Origin: Bacillota bacterium
GTDB taxonomy: Bacteria > Bacillota > Dethiobacteria > DTU022
Assembly: GCA_019428945.1 (NCBI GenBank)
Contig: JAHYJM010000004.1
Span: 2,294-66,293, forward strand
Reading direction: 5' to 3'
Length of the DNA: 64,000 bases
Part shown: piece after piece, positions 39,056-50,033 of the stretch
Layout of the letters: each line of letters opens with the position of its first letter
How positions within the stretch are numbered: position 1 is the first letter of the stretch
The notes under the pieces: model-generated
The model's database searches: none
Seen by the model: only the letters and a program-made list of their open reading frames with translations
What the model was told of the DNA's origin: nothing
Position numbers and translations under genes: made by a program

Positions 39056-40294
39056 ATGGAGAATCACTATAATAAAAGTAATTCAGGCAGGGGAGGTTTC
39101 TGGGCAGTCATAGGCTACCTTTCCTTTGGTGTCTTAGGAATTCTGCTGGGAGCTGCAATGTTGTACGGTTTATTTATATTTTTTCTCTCGCCGTCAGCAG
39201 ATCTTGCAGTTCCTGAAGAAATAATTGATGAAACCGAAGAGCAGGTTTTACCGGAAATAGACATAGAAAACAGTTTGGCCGATGTGGCTGAAAAAACTTT
39301 GGATGCTGTTGTTGGTGTTAATAAGCATCTCAATATAACCCGTTTTGGTGAACAGAGGCTTGAGGAAGTGGAATCTGGTTCGGGAGTTATAATTGACGAA
39401 GAAGGTTATATTATTACTAATCAGCATGTAATCGAAGAAGCAGATCACATTTCTGTAGTCATTCCAGGTAAGGGAAGTTATGAGGCCGAATTAATCGGGT
39501 CTGACTCCTTAACAGATTTGGCTCTGCTTAAAATAGAAGAAACCGGATTAGTTGCGCTTCCGATTGGTGATTCCGATCAATTAAGGGTGGGTGAGAAAGT
39601 CCTTGCCATTGGTAATCCCTTTGGTTATTTCCAGCAAACTGTAACTGCCGGTATTATCAGTGCTCTCCAGCGACAAGTCAGGGTACCCGGCAGCGATTAT
39701 ATTTATCCCTTTATCCAGACAGATGCACTGGTGAATCCGGGTAACAGTGGGGGTCCTCTGGTTAATTTAAAAGGTGAAGTGATAGGAATTAACACGGCTA
39801 AGATAGCTCTTGTCGGAGTTGAAGGAATTGGCCTGGCTATTCCGAGCAACACAGTTAAGAGAGTTATGAGTGATCTATATGAACATGGCCGTGTAATCCG
39901 GCCTCACCTGGGAGTCGTAATCGATGACTGGTTGCAGTACGGTGAAGTTGAGCCGGAGAGAGGCGTTATTATCGTTGAAGTTGCACCTGGTTCAGCCGCG
40001 GACAATGTTGGTTTACAGGCAGGCGATATTATCGTAGCAATTAATGGTGAAGATGTTTACTATCTTGCCCTTCTTTTCGACAACCTTTTTTCTTATTATC
40101 CGGGCGATACCATCACTGTTACCTATTATCGTGAAGGTGTAAGAAGCGAGGTAACAGTAGTATTGGGAGAGCGCCCTGAGAATCTTCCTGCCCAGGTGGA
40201 GGTTGAAGAGCCAGTTGAAGCTGAAGAGCCCGGAGCGTTTGCAGAACCCGGGGATCCCACAGAGAACGAAAACCAGGAAAACAATGGTGAATAA
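39056..40294 (+). CDS. htrA: HtrA/DegP-like serine protease with PDZ domain
   Basis: GSGVI, TNQHV, DLALLK, TDALVNPGNSGGPL; acidic C-terminal tail; SD AGGAGGTG before ATG 39056. Confidence 0.93.
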   Translation: MENHYNKSNSGRGGFWAVIGYLSFGVLGILLGAAMLYGLFIFFLSPSADLAVPEEIIDETEEQVLPEIDIENSLADVAEKTLDAVVGVNKHLNITRFGEQRLEEVESGSGVIIDEEGYIITNQHVIEEADHISVVIPGKGSYEAELIGSDSLTDLALLKIEETGLVALPIGDSDQLRVGEKVLAIGNPFGYFQQTVTAGIISALQRQVRVPGSDYIYPFIQTDALVNPGNSGGPLVNLKGEVIGINTAKIALVGVEGIGLAIPSNTVKRVMSDLYEHGRVIRPHLGVVIDDWLQYGEVEPERGVIIVEVAPGSAADNVGLQAGDIIVAINGEDVYYLALLFDNLFSYYPGDTITVTYYREGVRSEVTVVLGERPENLPAQVEVEEPVEAEEPGAFAEPGDPTENENQENNGE

Positions 40295-40314
40295 AAGAAA
40301 GCTGGAGACTCAAC

Positions 40315-41250
40315 TTGAGATTACTCTTCATTTTTATTGATGGGGTTGGCCTGGGTTATGATGAGCCAGGCAATCCCTTCATAATTACAGAGACACCTAA
40401 TATTACCCGTATTTTGGAGGGGGGCAGATTAACTTCTTCTTCTGCCGGTTTTGTTGGCAGTGAAGCATCACTTCTCGAGCTTGATGCTTCACTTGGGATT
40501 TCCGGATTGCCACAGAGCGCTACAGGGCAGGCTTCGATTTTCACCGGTTTTAACGCACCGGCTTTCCTGGGAGAACATGTAAATGGATTTCCGAATAGTA
40601 AATTAAGAAAATTGTTGGCAGCCAGAGGAGTGTTCAGGCAATTAAAGAAAAAAGGTTATAAAGTATGTTTTGCAAATGCATACCGGCCTCCATTTTTTGA
40701 ATTGCTGCGTAGAGGTCTCCCTGGTGAAAGGTACTCCTGTTCAACACTGGTGGCTTATTACGGTGGACTTCCGTTCTTTTCGCTGGATGATCTCAAAGAA
40801 AGAAAAGCTTTGTTCATGGATATAACGAATGATATATTGCTGAGAATGGGCTGTGATGTTCCAGGTATAACCCCCGAAGAAGGTGCACTTAGAATGCTGG
40901 AAATAAGCAAAGACTTTGATTTCTGCCTTTTTGAGTATTTTCTTAGTGATTTGGCAGGTCACATGGGGGAAGCAAAGGAAGCTGTCAGGGTTATATCGAT
41001 CCTGGACAGGTTCATCGGTACTATTACGAAAAATCTCAATCCAGAAGAAGAATTGCTGCTGGTAAGCAGCGATCACGGCAACATTGAAGATTTGACAACT
41101 CGGAATCATACTATGAACAAGGTTCCTGCTTTGCTTGTAGGAGATTATTGGCTTCGCAAAGAGCTACAACCGGGATTATCGTGCCTTACAGATTTGTTAC
41201 CTGCAGTGTACAAAGCGCTTGAATGGAAGGGTGAAAATGATGCAAATTGA
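40315..41250 (+). CDS. Alkaline-phosphatase-superfamily metalloenzyme (iPGM/phosphopentomutase-like), function unknown
   Basis: FIDGVG, PQSATGQ, DLAGH, SDHGN, NHT metal-ligand motifs. Confidence 0.75.
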   Translation: MRLLFIFIDGVGLGYDEPGNPFIITETPNITRILEGGRLTSSSAGFVGSEASLLELDASLGISGLPQSATGQASIFTGFNAPAFLGEHVNGFPNSKLRKLLAARGVFRQLKKKGYKVCFANAYRPPFFELLRRGLPGERYSCSTLVAYYGGLPFFSLDDLKERKALFMDITNDILLRMGCDVPGITPEEGALRMLEISKDFDFCLFEYFLSDLAGHMGEAKEAVRVISILDRFIGTITKNLNPEEELLLVSSDHGNIEDLTTRNHTMNKVPALLVGDYWLRKELQPGLSCLTDLLPAVYKALEWKGENDAN

Positions 41251-41863
41251 ATCGTTAACGGTCAGTATGTTTGGCACAAATTGCTACATTGCCTTCTGTA
41301 TAAAAACAAGAGAGGCAGTAGTGATTGACCCCGGCGCTGAAGGAAAAAACATAATTGATAAAATTAAGAATTTGCAGCTTGAAATTAAGTATATCCTTAA
41401 TACGCATGGTCACATTGATCACATCGGCGCTAATGGTAAAATCAAGGCAGAATTTAATGCTCCTGTCCTTATAAGTGAAAAAGATCTGGAAATTTATAAC
41501 AACCCTGGATACGGCCTGGGTCTGGTACTAAAAAAGCAACCAATGCCTGACCATTTTATTGCCGAGGGTGATTCGATTAAATTTGGTCGTGAAGAGTTAC
41601 GGGTTTTGGAAACACCTGGCCATTCACCAGGTGGAGTATGCTTTCTTTCCGGGAAATTGCTTTTTAGCGGAGATTCTCTGTTTGCCGGCTCAGTCGGCAG
41701 AACCGATCTTGCCGGCGGATCTTTTGATGTATTGATAAAGAGTATAAATGAGAAACTTATTACGCTGCCGCATGATACGATAGTTTATCCCGGTCATGGT
41801 CCTGCGACAACCATAGGTGCTGAAGCAGAATCTAATCCCTTTATTACCGCTTCTTACCTCTAG
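41237..41863 (+). CDS. MBL-fold metallohydrolase (glyoxalase II/YcbL-like)
   Basis: TNCYI, THGHIDH, TPGHSPG, FSGDSLF, PGHG. Confidence 0.9.
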   Translation: MMQIESLTVSMFGTNCYIAFCIKTREAVVIDPGAEGKNIIDKIKNLQLEIKYILNTHGHIDHIGANGKIKAEFNAPVLISEKDLEIYNNPGYGLGLVLKKQPMPDHFIAEGDSIKFGREELRVLETPGHSPGGVCFLSGKLLFSGDSLFAGSVGRTDLAGGSFDVLIKSINEKLITLPHDTIVYPGHGPATTIGAEAESNPFITASYL

Positions 41864-42101
41864 TCATTTTTTATAATAATTTAGCAGGAATATTTTAACG
41901 CACAGAGAATACAATCAGCATTGCTAATAATTTATATTTCTATCTAAGCTTATCTGCTCCATAATGCAGCTAAACTTTCCCTGATATATATTTCCCGGTC
42001 TTTATTTTTCCCCCATATATAATAAAGATAATTTATTTGATTGCCTCCTGGGTTATGTTATACCGGCGGTAATTAAATCAATCAGGTACAGAGAGTATAA
42101 T

Positions 42102-43103
42102 ATGATCAATCCTTGGTTACAATTTGCAGTATGTGCAGTAATAATAGTAATTGCCGGCAGCCGGCTAACAAGAATGGCAGCTATTGTTGCACACAACACA
42201 GGAATCGGCACAGCATGGATTGGCGCTTTAATGCTGCCGCTGGCTACTTCGCTGCCTGAACTGGTAACCACGTTGCGTGCGGTAACAATTGATGCTCCTG
42301 ATCTGGCTCTGGGTAACATCTTTGGTAGCTGCCTTTACAACCTCACCCTGATTGCAGTTATAGATCTTCTTGAAGGCAGAGGTCCACTTACAGCACGGAT
42401 TAATCGTGGGCATATCATCATGGCTTCAATGAGTATTATAACCGTCTCTTTTGCAGTGGTAGCTATGCTCGGAGTGATAAATTTAACAATTAGCCGAGTG
42501 AGCTTTGAAACAGTAATTATTGCCCTTATTTATATTATGGGAAGCAGATTGCTTTACCGTTATGAAAAAAGACAGGTTTCGATTGATCTTGAAGAAGCTG
42601 GTTTTCGGTCATCACGAAGTGGTCAGTCTACCGGTATGGCTCTGTTCCAGTTTCTTATTGCCGCTGCATTTATTGTTGGCGCAGGAGTTTTTCTGACCGA
42701 TGCATCGGATAAGATCGCTGTATCAACGGGGCTTGGACATACCTTTGTCGGATCTATATTTCTGGCAATAAGCACTTCCCTGCCTGAGACGGTTACAACA
42801 ATTACTGCAGTGCGTATTGGGCTTCTTGATATGGCAGTTGCCAATGTATTTGGTGCAAATTTTATGAACCTGTTTATTGTTTTTATCGCAGATCTGTTTT
42901 ACCGCGGAGGTCCACTGCTTTATGCAGTTTCAGACAATAATCTTTTTTCGGCGATAATGGTGATCATGTTGAGTACATTTGTAATTTTCGGTATTACTTA
43001 CAGATCAGAAAGAAAGTTTGCCCGGATCGGTGTAGATGCTTTGCTGGTCCTGCTTGGCTACCTGGTGGCGGTATACATGTTATACATATTGGGTGGCAAT
43101 TAA
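42102..43103 (+). CDS. Sodium:calcium antiporter (CaCA family)
   Basis: Two alpha repeats ATSLPEL...GNIFGS and STSLPET...ANVFGAN. Confidence 0.88.
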   Translation: MINPWLQFAVCAVIIVIAGSRLTRMAAIVAHNTGIGTAWIGALMLPLATSLPELVTTLRAVTIDAPDLALGNIFGSCLYNLTLIAVIDLLEGRGPLTARINRGHIIMASMSIITVSFAVVAMLGVINLTISRVSFETVIIALIYIMGSRLLYRYEKRQVSIDLEEAGFRSSRSGQSTGMALFQFLIAAAFIVGAGVFLTDASDKIAVSTGLGHTFVGSIFLAISTSLPETVTTITAVRIGLLDMAVANVFGANFMNLFIVFIADLFYRGGPLLYAVSDNNLFSAIMVIMLSTFVIFGITYRSERKFARIGVDALLVLLGYLVAVYMLYILGGN

Positions 43104-43120
43104 CATAAGGTGGTGGCGTT

Positions 43121-44365
43121 TTGGATACTGAGAAGTTAAAGAATATGACATTAAACGAATTGCATCGGCTGGCCAAGGAACACGAGGTCAAAGGACAGTC
43201 GACTATGCGAAAACAAGAATTGGTTGATAACCTGACCCGACTATTTTCAGAAAATGGCGAACAGTTCAGCGCATCCGGCATGCTGGAGATAATGTCTGAC
43301 GGTTTTGGTTTTCTGCGTCGCAAGAAATATTTTTTCTCTGAAGATGATATCTATATATCTGCTTCACAAATCAGAAGATTTAACATGCGTACAGGTGACA
43401 TTATCACCGGCCGGATCAGACCTCCGAAAGATAATGAACGTTACTACGCTCTACTCCAGGTTGAAGAAGTTAATGGTGAAGACCCTGAAAAGCTCTCCGG
43501 ACGGCCTGTCTATACCTCCCTCGTGCCAATTCACCCGGTTGATCAAATTCGTATGGAAACAAAATCACATATTCTTTCCACCCGTATTATTGATCTCCTC
43601 ATTCCTATCGGCAAAGGGCAGCGCGGCCTTATCGTATCCCCTCCAAAGGCTGGTAAGACTATGCTGTTGAAACAGCTGGCTAATAGTATTTCTGTAAACC
43701 ATCCGGATATAGAGTTGATTATTCTATTGATTGATGAAAGACCTGAAGAAGTTACCGATATGGAGCGAAGCGTTAATGCTGATGTTGTCAGTTCAACCTT
43801 TGATCAAAAACCGGAAAACCATATCCGGATTGCCGAACTGGTTTTGGAACGTTCGCAGCGCCTTGTAGAACAGGGTCGGGATGTTGCTGTTCTTCTCGAT
43901 AGCATTACCAGACTAACCCGGGCTTACAACCTGGTGATCCCACCCAGCGGGCGCACTCTTTCAGGGGGTATAGATCCGGGCGCATTTTACAAGCCGAAGA
44001 GGTTCTTCGGTGCAGCGAGAAATATAGATGGTGGAGGCAGCCTGACAGTTTTGGCTACGGCTATTGTCGATACAGGAAGTAGAATGGACGATGTTGTATA
44101 TGAAGAATTTAAAGGTACCGGTAATATGGAGCTGCATCTGGATCGCCGTATTTCGGAAAGAAGAATCTTTCCGGCGATTGATATATCCCGCTCTGGAACC
44201 CGCCGTGAGGAACTTTTACTCAGTGATCATAAAATTGAACTTATGTGGGCTTTGCGCAGGGCGATGGGCAGCAGTACTAGTGTTGAGTTTCTTGAAGCTC
44301 TGCTCGACAGACTTAAAAAAACCAAGTCCAATGAAGAGTTTCTAAGTAATATGCATACAATGTAA
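43121..44365 (+). CDS. rho: Transcription termination factor Rho
   Basis: [40 protein letters not shown]. Confidence 0.98.
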   Translation: MDTEKLKNMTLNELHRLAKEHEVKGQSTMRKQELVDNLTRLFSENGEQFSASGMLEIMSDGFGFLRRKKYFFSEDDIYISASQIRRFNMRTGDIITGRIRPPKDNERYYALLQVEEVNGEDPEKLSGRPVYTSLVPIHPVDQIRMETKSHILSTRIIDLLIPIGKGQRGLIVSPPKAGKTMLLKQLANSISVNHPDIELIILLIDERPEEVTDMERSVNADVVSSTFDQKPENHIRIAELVLERSQRLVEQGRDVAVLLDSITRLTRAYNLVIPPSGRTLSGGIDPGAFYKPKRFFGAARNIDGGGSLTVLATAIVDTGSRMDDVVYEEFKGTGNMELHLDRRISERRIFPAIDISRSGTRREELLLSDHKIELMWALRRAMGSSTSVEFLEALLDRLKKTKSNEEFLSNMHTM

Positions 44366-44397
44366 AAAGGTTATCTTTTTAGATCCGAAACAGAATG

Positions 44398-44426
44398 TTG
44401 CAGAATATAATGCTTTATGCTATCAT
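44398..44426 (+). promoter_or_regulatory. sigmaA promoter of rpmE
   Basis: TTGCAG-17-TATCAT with extended TG. Confidence 0.75.
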
Positions 44427-44458
44427 ATTGTTTCGGGAAGAGAGAAGGAGGAAAATAG

Positions 44459-44656
44459 ATGAAAACTGATCTGCACCCAAAATATTACCGCGCCACAGTA
44501 ACATGTGCCTGCGGCGAAACCTTTGAAACGGGATCTACCAGCGAATCGCTCAAGGTAGAGATTTGCTCCAAATGCCATCCCTTCTTTACCGGCAAACAAA
44601 AATTTGTTGATACCGGAGGACGGGTTGAAAGGTTCAAACGCAAGTACAACCTGTAA
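44459..44656 (+). CDS. rpmE: 50S ribosomal protein L31 (Zn-binding form)
   Basis: CACG...[10 protein letters not shown]...GRVERF. Confidence 0.97.
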   Translation: MKTDLHPKYYRATVTCACGETFETGSTSESLKVEICSKCHPFFTGKQKFVDTGGRVERFKRKYNL

Positions 44657-44661
44657 TAGAC

Positions 44662-44689
44662 AGAGCAGAGCAGAAGCTCTGCTCTTTTT
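44662..44689 (+). terminator. Terminator after rpmE
   Basis: AGAGCAGAGC-agaa-GCTCTGCTCT-TTTT. Confidence 0.85.
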
Positions 44690-44822
44690 CTAGGCTCATC
44701 TAATATTTCCAACCAGATTGCATCCGCTTATTTAATCGAAAAACAGGCTTGCCATTAACTGCAAAGAATTCCTTATTTAAATTGATGAGCGGCAGTATAA
44801 TGTCATGTCAGAGGTGACTACT

Positions 44823-45893
44823 ATGCTTGAAAAACTTGATATGATCATAAAACGATATGAAGAACTTGAACAACTGCTTAGCGATCCTAATGTTATGGAT
44901 GATCGTGATGAGTGGCTTAAAATGTCGAAGGAAATTTCTGCAATTACACCCGTTGCAGCGATGGCCCGCCGCTTAAAAGAAGTAACCGTTCAGATTGGCG
45001 AGGCGGAAGAACTGCTGGTTGAAAGTGAAGAAGCTGAAATGACAGAATATCTTAAGAAAGAAATTGAGGAGCTGGAACTGGAAAAGGAACAGCTTGAAAC
45101 CAGTCTTAAGGAGCAGCTATTGCCGAAAGATCCTTACGATGAAAAGAACGTATTTATAGAAATAAGAGCCGGTACTGGTGGTGAAGAGGCAGCTCTATTT
45201 GCTTCTGACTTGTTGAAGATGTATTCTCGCTTTGCTGAGAAAAGTGGTTATAAAGTGGAGATTGTTGACTCACATCAAACCGATATTGGCGGTTTCAAGG
45301 AAGTTATCCTGGGGGTGGAAGGCAAAGGGGCTTACAGCCGGTTAAAATATGAAAGCGGTGTTCACCGGGTGCAGCGAATTCCATCAACAGAATCTGGCGG
45401 CCGTATCCACACATCTGCGGCTACGGTAGCAGTTTTGCCTGAAGTTGAAGATGTTGAAGTTGAGATTAATCCTCAGGATTTGAGGATTGATACTTTTTGC
45501 GCAACCGGCCCGGGAGGGCAGAGTGTCAATACTACCCAGTCTGCAGTACGGATTACCCATATTCCCACCGGAGTAGTGATAAGCTGCCAGGATGAGAAAT
45601 CACAGCTTCAAAATAAAGAGAAAGCTATGCGTATATTGCGCAGCCGGTTGCTCGACAAGTACATTTCCGAACAGACAGAAGAGCTGGCACAGACCCGAAA
45701 GACAATGGTTGGCAGCGGTGATCGCAGTGAAAGAATTCGGACTTATAATTTTCCGCAGAATAGGGTAACAGAACACAGGATTGGCCTTACCCTGCACAAG
45801 CTTGATCTCGTACTAGCTGGTGATCTCGATGAAATAGTCGATGAATTAACAGCCAATGAAAGAGCTGAGCTGCTTAAGGCCGCAGGAGAATGA
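44823..45893 (+). CDS. prfA: Peptide chain release factor 1
   Basis: PxT motif (RIPSTE), GPGGQ, RTYNFPQ; SD GAGGTGA before ATG 44823. Confidence 0.97.
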   Translation: MLEKLDMIIKRYEELEQLLSDPNVMDDRDEWLKMSKEISAITPVAAMARRLKEVTVQIGEAEELLVESEEAEMTEYLKKEIEELELEKEQLETSLKEQLLPKDPYDEKNVFIEIRAGTGGEEAALFASDLLKMYSRFAEKSGYKVEIVDSHQTDIGGFKEVILGVEGKGAYSRLKYESGVHRVQRIPSTESGGRIHTSAATVAVLPEVEDVEVEINPQDLRIDTFCATGPGGQSVNTTQSAVRITHIPTGVVISCQDEKSQLQNKEKAMRILRSRLLDKYISEQTEELAQTRKTMVGSGDRSERIRTYNFPQNRVTEHRIGLTLHKLDLVLAGDLDEIVDELTANERAELLKAAGE

Positions 45894-45897
45894 TTAA

Positions 45898-46776
45898 ATG
45901 GAAACATTAACTATTGAAGAAGCTCTCAAACGGGCTTCTTTTTATATACGTCAGGCCGGTATGGATCAACCGAGATTAGAGGCCGAATTGTTGCTTTCTT
46001 TTTGCATTGGGAAAGATCGACTTCGTTTAAGGCTGCTGCAGGATAAGACTCTGAATGATGAAAAGCTCACCTTTTATGAAGAAATAGTGAACAGAAGGTG
46101 TACCGGGGAACCTCTAGCTTATATAACCGGAGAAAAATACTTTTTTGGCCGTTCTTTTTCTGTAAATAAGAATGTATTAATTCCCCGTCCGGAAACTGAA
46201 AAGATTATTGAAATTACTATTAGCCGCTTTCGGATTGAAGGGTATAAAAAGAGTTCAAAATTCAAATGTCTTGATCTTGGCACCGGTAGTGGAGTTCTCG
46301 CTGTTACCCTGGCTCTCGAGTTCCCCCAGGGATTGTTTTGGGCGGTCGACATTTCAAAGGAAGCACTTGAAACCGCTCGCTGCAATGCAAGAAGATTAAA
46401 TGTAGTCGACAGAATTCGTTTTCTGCAGAGCAACTATTTCGATGCTTTGCAGGGAGAAAAAAATGTGAAATTTGATCTTATCGTCTCTAACCCTCCCTAT
46501 ATTGATCAGAAAGCTATGAACAACTTGCCTGCTGATGTAAAAAACTTTGAGCCGGAAATTGCCTTAAGTGGCGGGAAAGAAGGACTTGATGGTTACCGCA
46601 CTATCATAGCCGGGCTGCCGGACCACATAAGTAAACCCGGTTTGCTGTTGCTGGAAATAGGATCAAACCAGTGGGAAGCAGTTGAGACAATTTGTAGTCA
46701 GGCGAGAATATTTAGATCTATTGCCTGTCATAATGATCTTGCCGGTCTTCCCAGAGTTGTCGAGGGTGTTGTTTAG
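45898..46776 (+). CDS. prmC: Release factor glutamine methyltransferase
   Basis: GEPLAYI, LIPRPETE, DLGTGSG, SNPPY. Confidence 0.96.
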   Translation: METLTIEEALKRASFYIRQAGMDQPRLEAELLLSFCIGKDRLRLRLLQDKTLNDEKLTFYEEIVNRRCTGEPLAYITGEKYFFGRSFSVNKNVLIPRPETEKIIEITISRFRIEGYKKSSKFKCLDLGTGSGVLAVTLALEFPQGLFWAVDISKEALETARCNARRLNVVDRIRFLQSNYFDALQGEKNVKFDLIVSNPPYIDQKAMNNLPADVKNFEPEIALSGGKEGLDGYRTIIAGLPDHISKPGLLLLEIGSNQWEAVETICSQARIFRSIACHNDLAGLPRVVEGVV

Positions 46777-47192
46777 TTTAAGCCTTTGCCGGTTGAGGTG
46801 ATTGTCAGTTTGCCGTGTTTAACCCCTTTGACGCCAATAAGTCTCCCGGCAAGTTCTTTCGCTTCAACTGCAGGACCTTTGATAACCATTACTTCAAGAC
46901 AGTGATCATGTTCCAGGTGAACATGCATAACCGAAATAATCATATCATGATGATCGTGCTGAAGTTCCAACAATAGATCGCTTAGGCCTTTAACATGGTG
47001 GTTATAAATAATTGTTATAGTTCCGGCGACTTCTTCCTCGTCCCGGGACCAGTCGAGCTCTACCAGTTGGTTTCTGATCAAGTCTCTGATAGCTTCAGAA
47101 CGATTAGGATAACCGCGCTTAACAATTTCCTGGTCAAGCCTGGCAAGTAGTTCTTTTTCCATTGATATGCCGAAGCGGATTAAACCGGGCAT
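46773..47192 (-). CDS. nikR: Nickel-responsive regulator NikR
   Basis: RHH RFGIS...NRSEAIRDLIR; QHDHHD...HVHLEHDHCLEV Ni ligands. Confidence 0.95.
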   Translation of the reverse strand: MPGLIRFGISMEKELLARLDQEIVKRGYPNRSEAIRDLIRNQLVELDWSRDEEEVAGTITIIYNHHVKGLSDLLLELQHDHHDMIISVMHVHLEHDHCLEVMVIKGPAVEAKELAGRLIGVKGVKHGKLTITSTGKGLN

Positions 47193-47374
47193 CTATGAGC
47201 ACCTCCAACGGTTGTTCCTTAGATTATAGCACAGGTAAATATATAATCATGAAGGGTTTACTCTTAGGCTGAAATCAAGTAATGTATATATAAATTAAAA
47301 AAAGCGATCCAGTGTTTTATAATTATCCTTGCATGATTATCGAGTATCTACCGACCGTTTTGGAGGGGTAGGAT

Positions 47375-48976
47375 TTGTTCTGGACCATTGTTTTTACCAC
47401 CCTTGGCGGGATGGGCCTTTTTTTATTCGGAATTCAAATTATGGCTTCCGGTATGCAAAAAGCAGCCGGTGACCGGTTCCGTAAAATTCTTGAAATGCTA
47501 ACTAATAATCCAATTCTTGGTGTTATCACAGGAATTGTTGTTACCATCCTGGTACAGAGCAGCAGCACTTCCACGGTAATGGTTGTTGGTTTCGCCAATG
47601 CAGGACTGATGAACCTTTCCCAGGCGATAAGCGTTATAATCGGAGCAAATATTGGGACGACTGTGACAGCGCAGATTGTCTCTTTTAAAATCGGCGTTAT
47701 TGCCCTGCCTACAATAGGGATTGGTTCACTCTTAAACTTTTTTGGCAAGCGTAGATTCCACCGGTATCTTGGGCAGACAATTTTGGGATTTGGGCTTCTC
47801 TTCCTTGGCATGACAACAATGTCGGAAGGGATGAGTCCGCTCCGTGAATTCGAAGCTTTCCATCGCCTGCTGGCTCAATTCAGTGTATATCCGGTGCTGG
47901 GTATACTCTGCGGAGCTTTATTTACAGCTCTGGTTCAAAGCAGCAGTGCCTCAACCGGTGTAATTATAGCCCTGACGATGCAGGATTTGATCCCTTTTGA
48001 ATCTGCAGTTCCGCTAATATTGGGTACAAACATAGGAACCTGCATAACGGCCATCCTGGCCAGTATAGGCGCCAATGTGGCGGCGCGACGGGCGGCAACT
48101 GCACACGTGCTATTTAATGTTATCGGAGTAACGCTAGCCCTGATCCTGCTTGGACCTTTCACGGAAATAATGATGGAAACAGCAAGTACTGTCCCCCGCC
48201 AGGTTGCAAATACACATACAATCTTCAATATTTTTAATACCATAATATTTTTGGTCTTTCTTAAATTCTTTTCCCGCCTTGTCTGCCGGATTATCCCTGG
48301 TGAAGATGAGAAAATTGAATTCGGGCCGAAATACTTAGATCACCGAATTTTAAAAACTCCACCTGCAGCAATAGGAGGGGTAAAAAAAGAAGTATTGAGG
48401 ATGGCAGGTATTGCCCGGGAAATGTTAGATGAATCGGTGCAGGTATTTTTAACAAATGATCTTAAGAAGGTTAAACATATTGAACAGATGGAAGAGCTGG
48501 TCGATGGCCTCGAGAAAGAGATCAATATTTATCTGGCAGAATTGTCGCAGCACTCCATGTCTCAAGAACAGTCTAAAATGGTAGCCAACCTGATGTCGGC
48601 GGCTAACGACCTTGAGCGTATCGGCGATCATGCGGAAAATATTATGCAGCTTGGCGAAGCTAAAACTGAAGACAGGCTTCCTTTTTCACAGGCAGCGCTT
48701 GAAGAAATAACAGAATTTTACGGCAAAGTTGAAGCCATGCTGGAAAAAGCGGTAAAAGCATTTGAGACGAATGATCATGAGCTTGCGAACCAGGTTGTTC
48801 TGGAAGATGATTATGTTGATGACCAGGAAAAATTACTGCGCAAAATGCACATAGATAGGATCAATACCAAGAAATGTTACCCTGCTGCCGGCGTGATTTA
48901 CCTTGATCTGCTGAGCAATCTAGAGCGTGTCGGGGATCATGCAAACAATATCGCCGATCTGGTTCTTACAGAGTAA
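47375..48976 (+). CDS. Na/Pi cotransporter with PhoU-like C-terminal domains
   Basis: Two VQSSS repeats, GANIGTT/GTNIGTC; DLERIGDHA and NLERVGDHA. Confidence 0.93.
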   Translation: MFWTIVFTTLGGMGLFLFGIQIMASGMQKAAGDRFRKILEMLTNNPILGVITGIVVTILVQSSSTSTVMVVGFANAGLMNLSQAISVIIGANIGTTVTAQIVSFKIGVIALPTIGIGSLLNFFGKRRFHRYLGQTILGFGLLFLGMTTMSEGMSPLREFEAFHRLLAQFSVYPVLGILCGALFTALVQSSSASTGVIIALTMQDLIPFESAVPLILGTNIGTCITAILASIGANVAARRAATAHVLFNVIGVTLALILLGPFTEIMMETASTVPRQVANTHTIFNIFNTIIFLVFLKFFSRLVCRIIPGEDEKIEFGPKYLDHRILKTPPAAIGGVKKEVLRMAGIAREMLDESVQVFLTNDLKKVKHIEQMEELVDGLEKEINIYLAELSQHSMSQEQSKMVANLMSAANDLERIGDHAENIMQLGEAKTEDRLPFSQAALEEITEFYGKVEAMLEKAVKAFETNDHELANQVVLEDDYVDDQEKLLRKMHIDRINTKKCYPAAGVIYLDLLSNLERVGDHANNIADLVLTE

Positions 48977-49010
48977 AGCCAAACGAAAAAGAATTAACAG
49001 AGGAGCTTTT

Positions 49011-50033
49011 ATGACGAGTACATTTAAGCGTGTTAACGGTACTCTATTACTGGACAACAGTTATCCTGCCTTAGCCAGGGCAGTATCGATTATTCGCCGT
49101 GGCGGCCTAGTTGCGTTTCCCACAGAAACTGTATATGGACTCGGCGCTTCAGCCACTGACAGCAACGCAGTAAATAATATATTTCTGGCAAAGGGACGCC
49201 CTTCTGATAATCCACTGATAGTGCATATCTCATCTATTAACCAGTTGACAAATATTGCCCGGGATATACCTGAAACAGCTTTCCTGCTTGCTGAAAAATT
49301 TTGGCCGGGAGCGCTGAGCATTGTTCTCACCAGGTCAGAGATCATTCCTCCTGAGGTAAGTGCAGGGTTGCGAACTGTTGCAGTAAGAATGCCTGATCAT
49401 AAGGTTGCGCTTGACCTGATAAGAATGTCGGGAGTTCCGATAGCTGCTCCGAGCGCAAACCGATCGGGCAGGCCGAGCCCGACCAGTTATCGTCATGTAC
49501 TGGAGGATCTGGCCGGGCGCATAGATGCGGTGATCAAAGATGATGATTGTTCAATCGGCGTTGAATCTACGGTAATTGATCTTTCCGGACCAGTTCCGGT
49601 AATACTCAGACCCGGCGGTGTAAGTCGTGAAGAGCTGGAAAGTGTTCTAAAACTCAACGTTAAAGTGTCCGCTCCCCTTTTCAGAGAAGGGATCCCAAGT
49701 TCACCGGGCATGAAATACCGGCATTATTCTCCGAAAGCGCCCCTGATCCTTGTTACAGGTGATGAAACCAGGCGTATGCATTTCGCAGAGAAAATCGCTG
49801 ATTGTTACAGAAGAAAAGGACAAAGGGTTGGAATTTTAAATACTTTTTGCGAGAGCGGCAGACCCGATCTTAACAGATTAAGGATAATAGCATCGCGACT
49901 TTACCGTGAGTTGCGTATATTGGATCAACAAAATGTTGATATCATTATTGTTCAGGCAACCAGCAGCGGAGGAATTGGGCTGGCTGTGATGAATCGTCTT
50001 CGAAAGGCGGCTGCACGGATCATCAAAGTCTGA
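49011..50033 (+). CDS. sua5: L-threonylcarbamoyladenylate synthase Sua5/YwlC
   Basis: FPTETVYGLG, KGRPSDNPLIVH, APSANRSGRPSP, SPGMKYRHY, NRLRKAA; SD before ATG 49011. Confidence 0.95.
   Translation: MTSTFKRVNGTLLLDNSYPALARAVSIIRRGGLVAFPTETVYGLGASATDSNAVNNIFLAKGRPSDNPLIVHISSINQLTNIARDIPETAFLLAEKFWPGALSIVLTRSEIIPPEVSAGLRTVAVRMPDHKVALDLIRMSGVPIAAPSANRSGRPSPTSYRHVLEDLAGRIDAVIKDDDCSIGVESTVIDLSGPVPVILRPGGVSREELESVLKLNVKVSAPLFREGIPSSPGMKYRHYSPKAPLILVTGDETRRMHFAEKIADCYRRKGQRVGILNTFCESGRPDLNRLRIIASRLYRELRILDQQNVDIIIVQATSSGGIGLAVMNRLRKAAARIIKV

Noticed and set aside
41643-41656. Partial Noc-binding-site match TCTTTCCGGGAAAT
   Set aside because: About 11 of 14 positions match, it is intragenic, and Noc specificity in this lineage is unknown.
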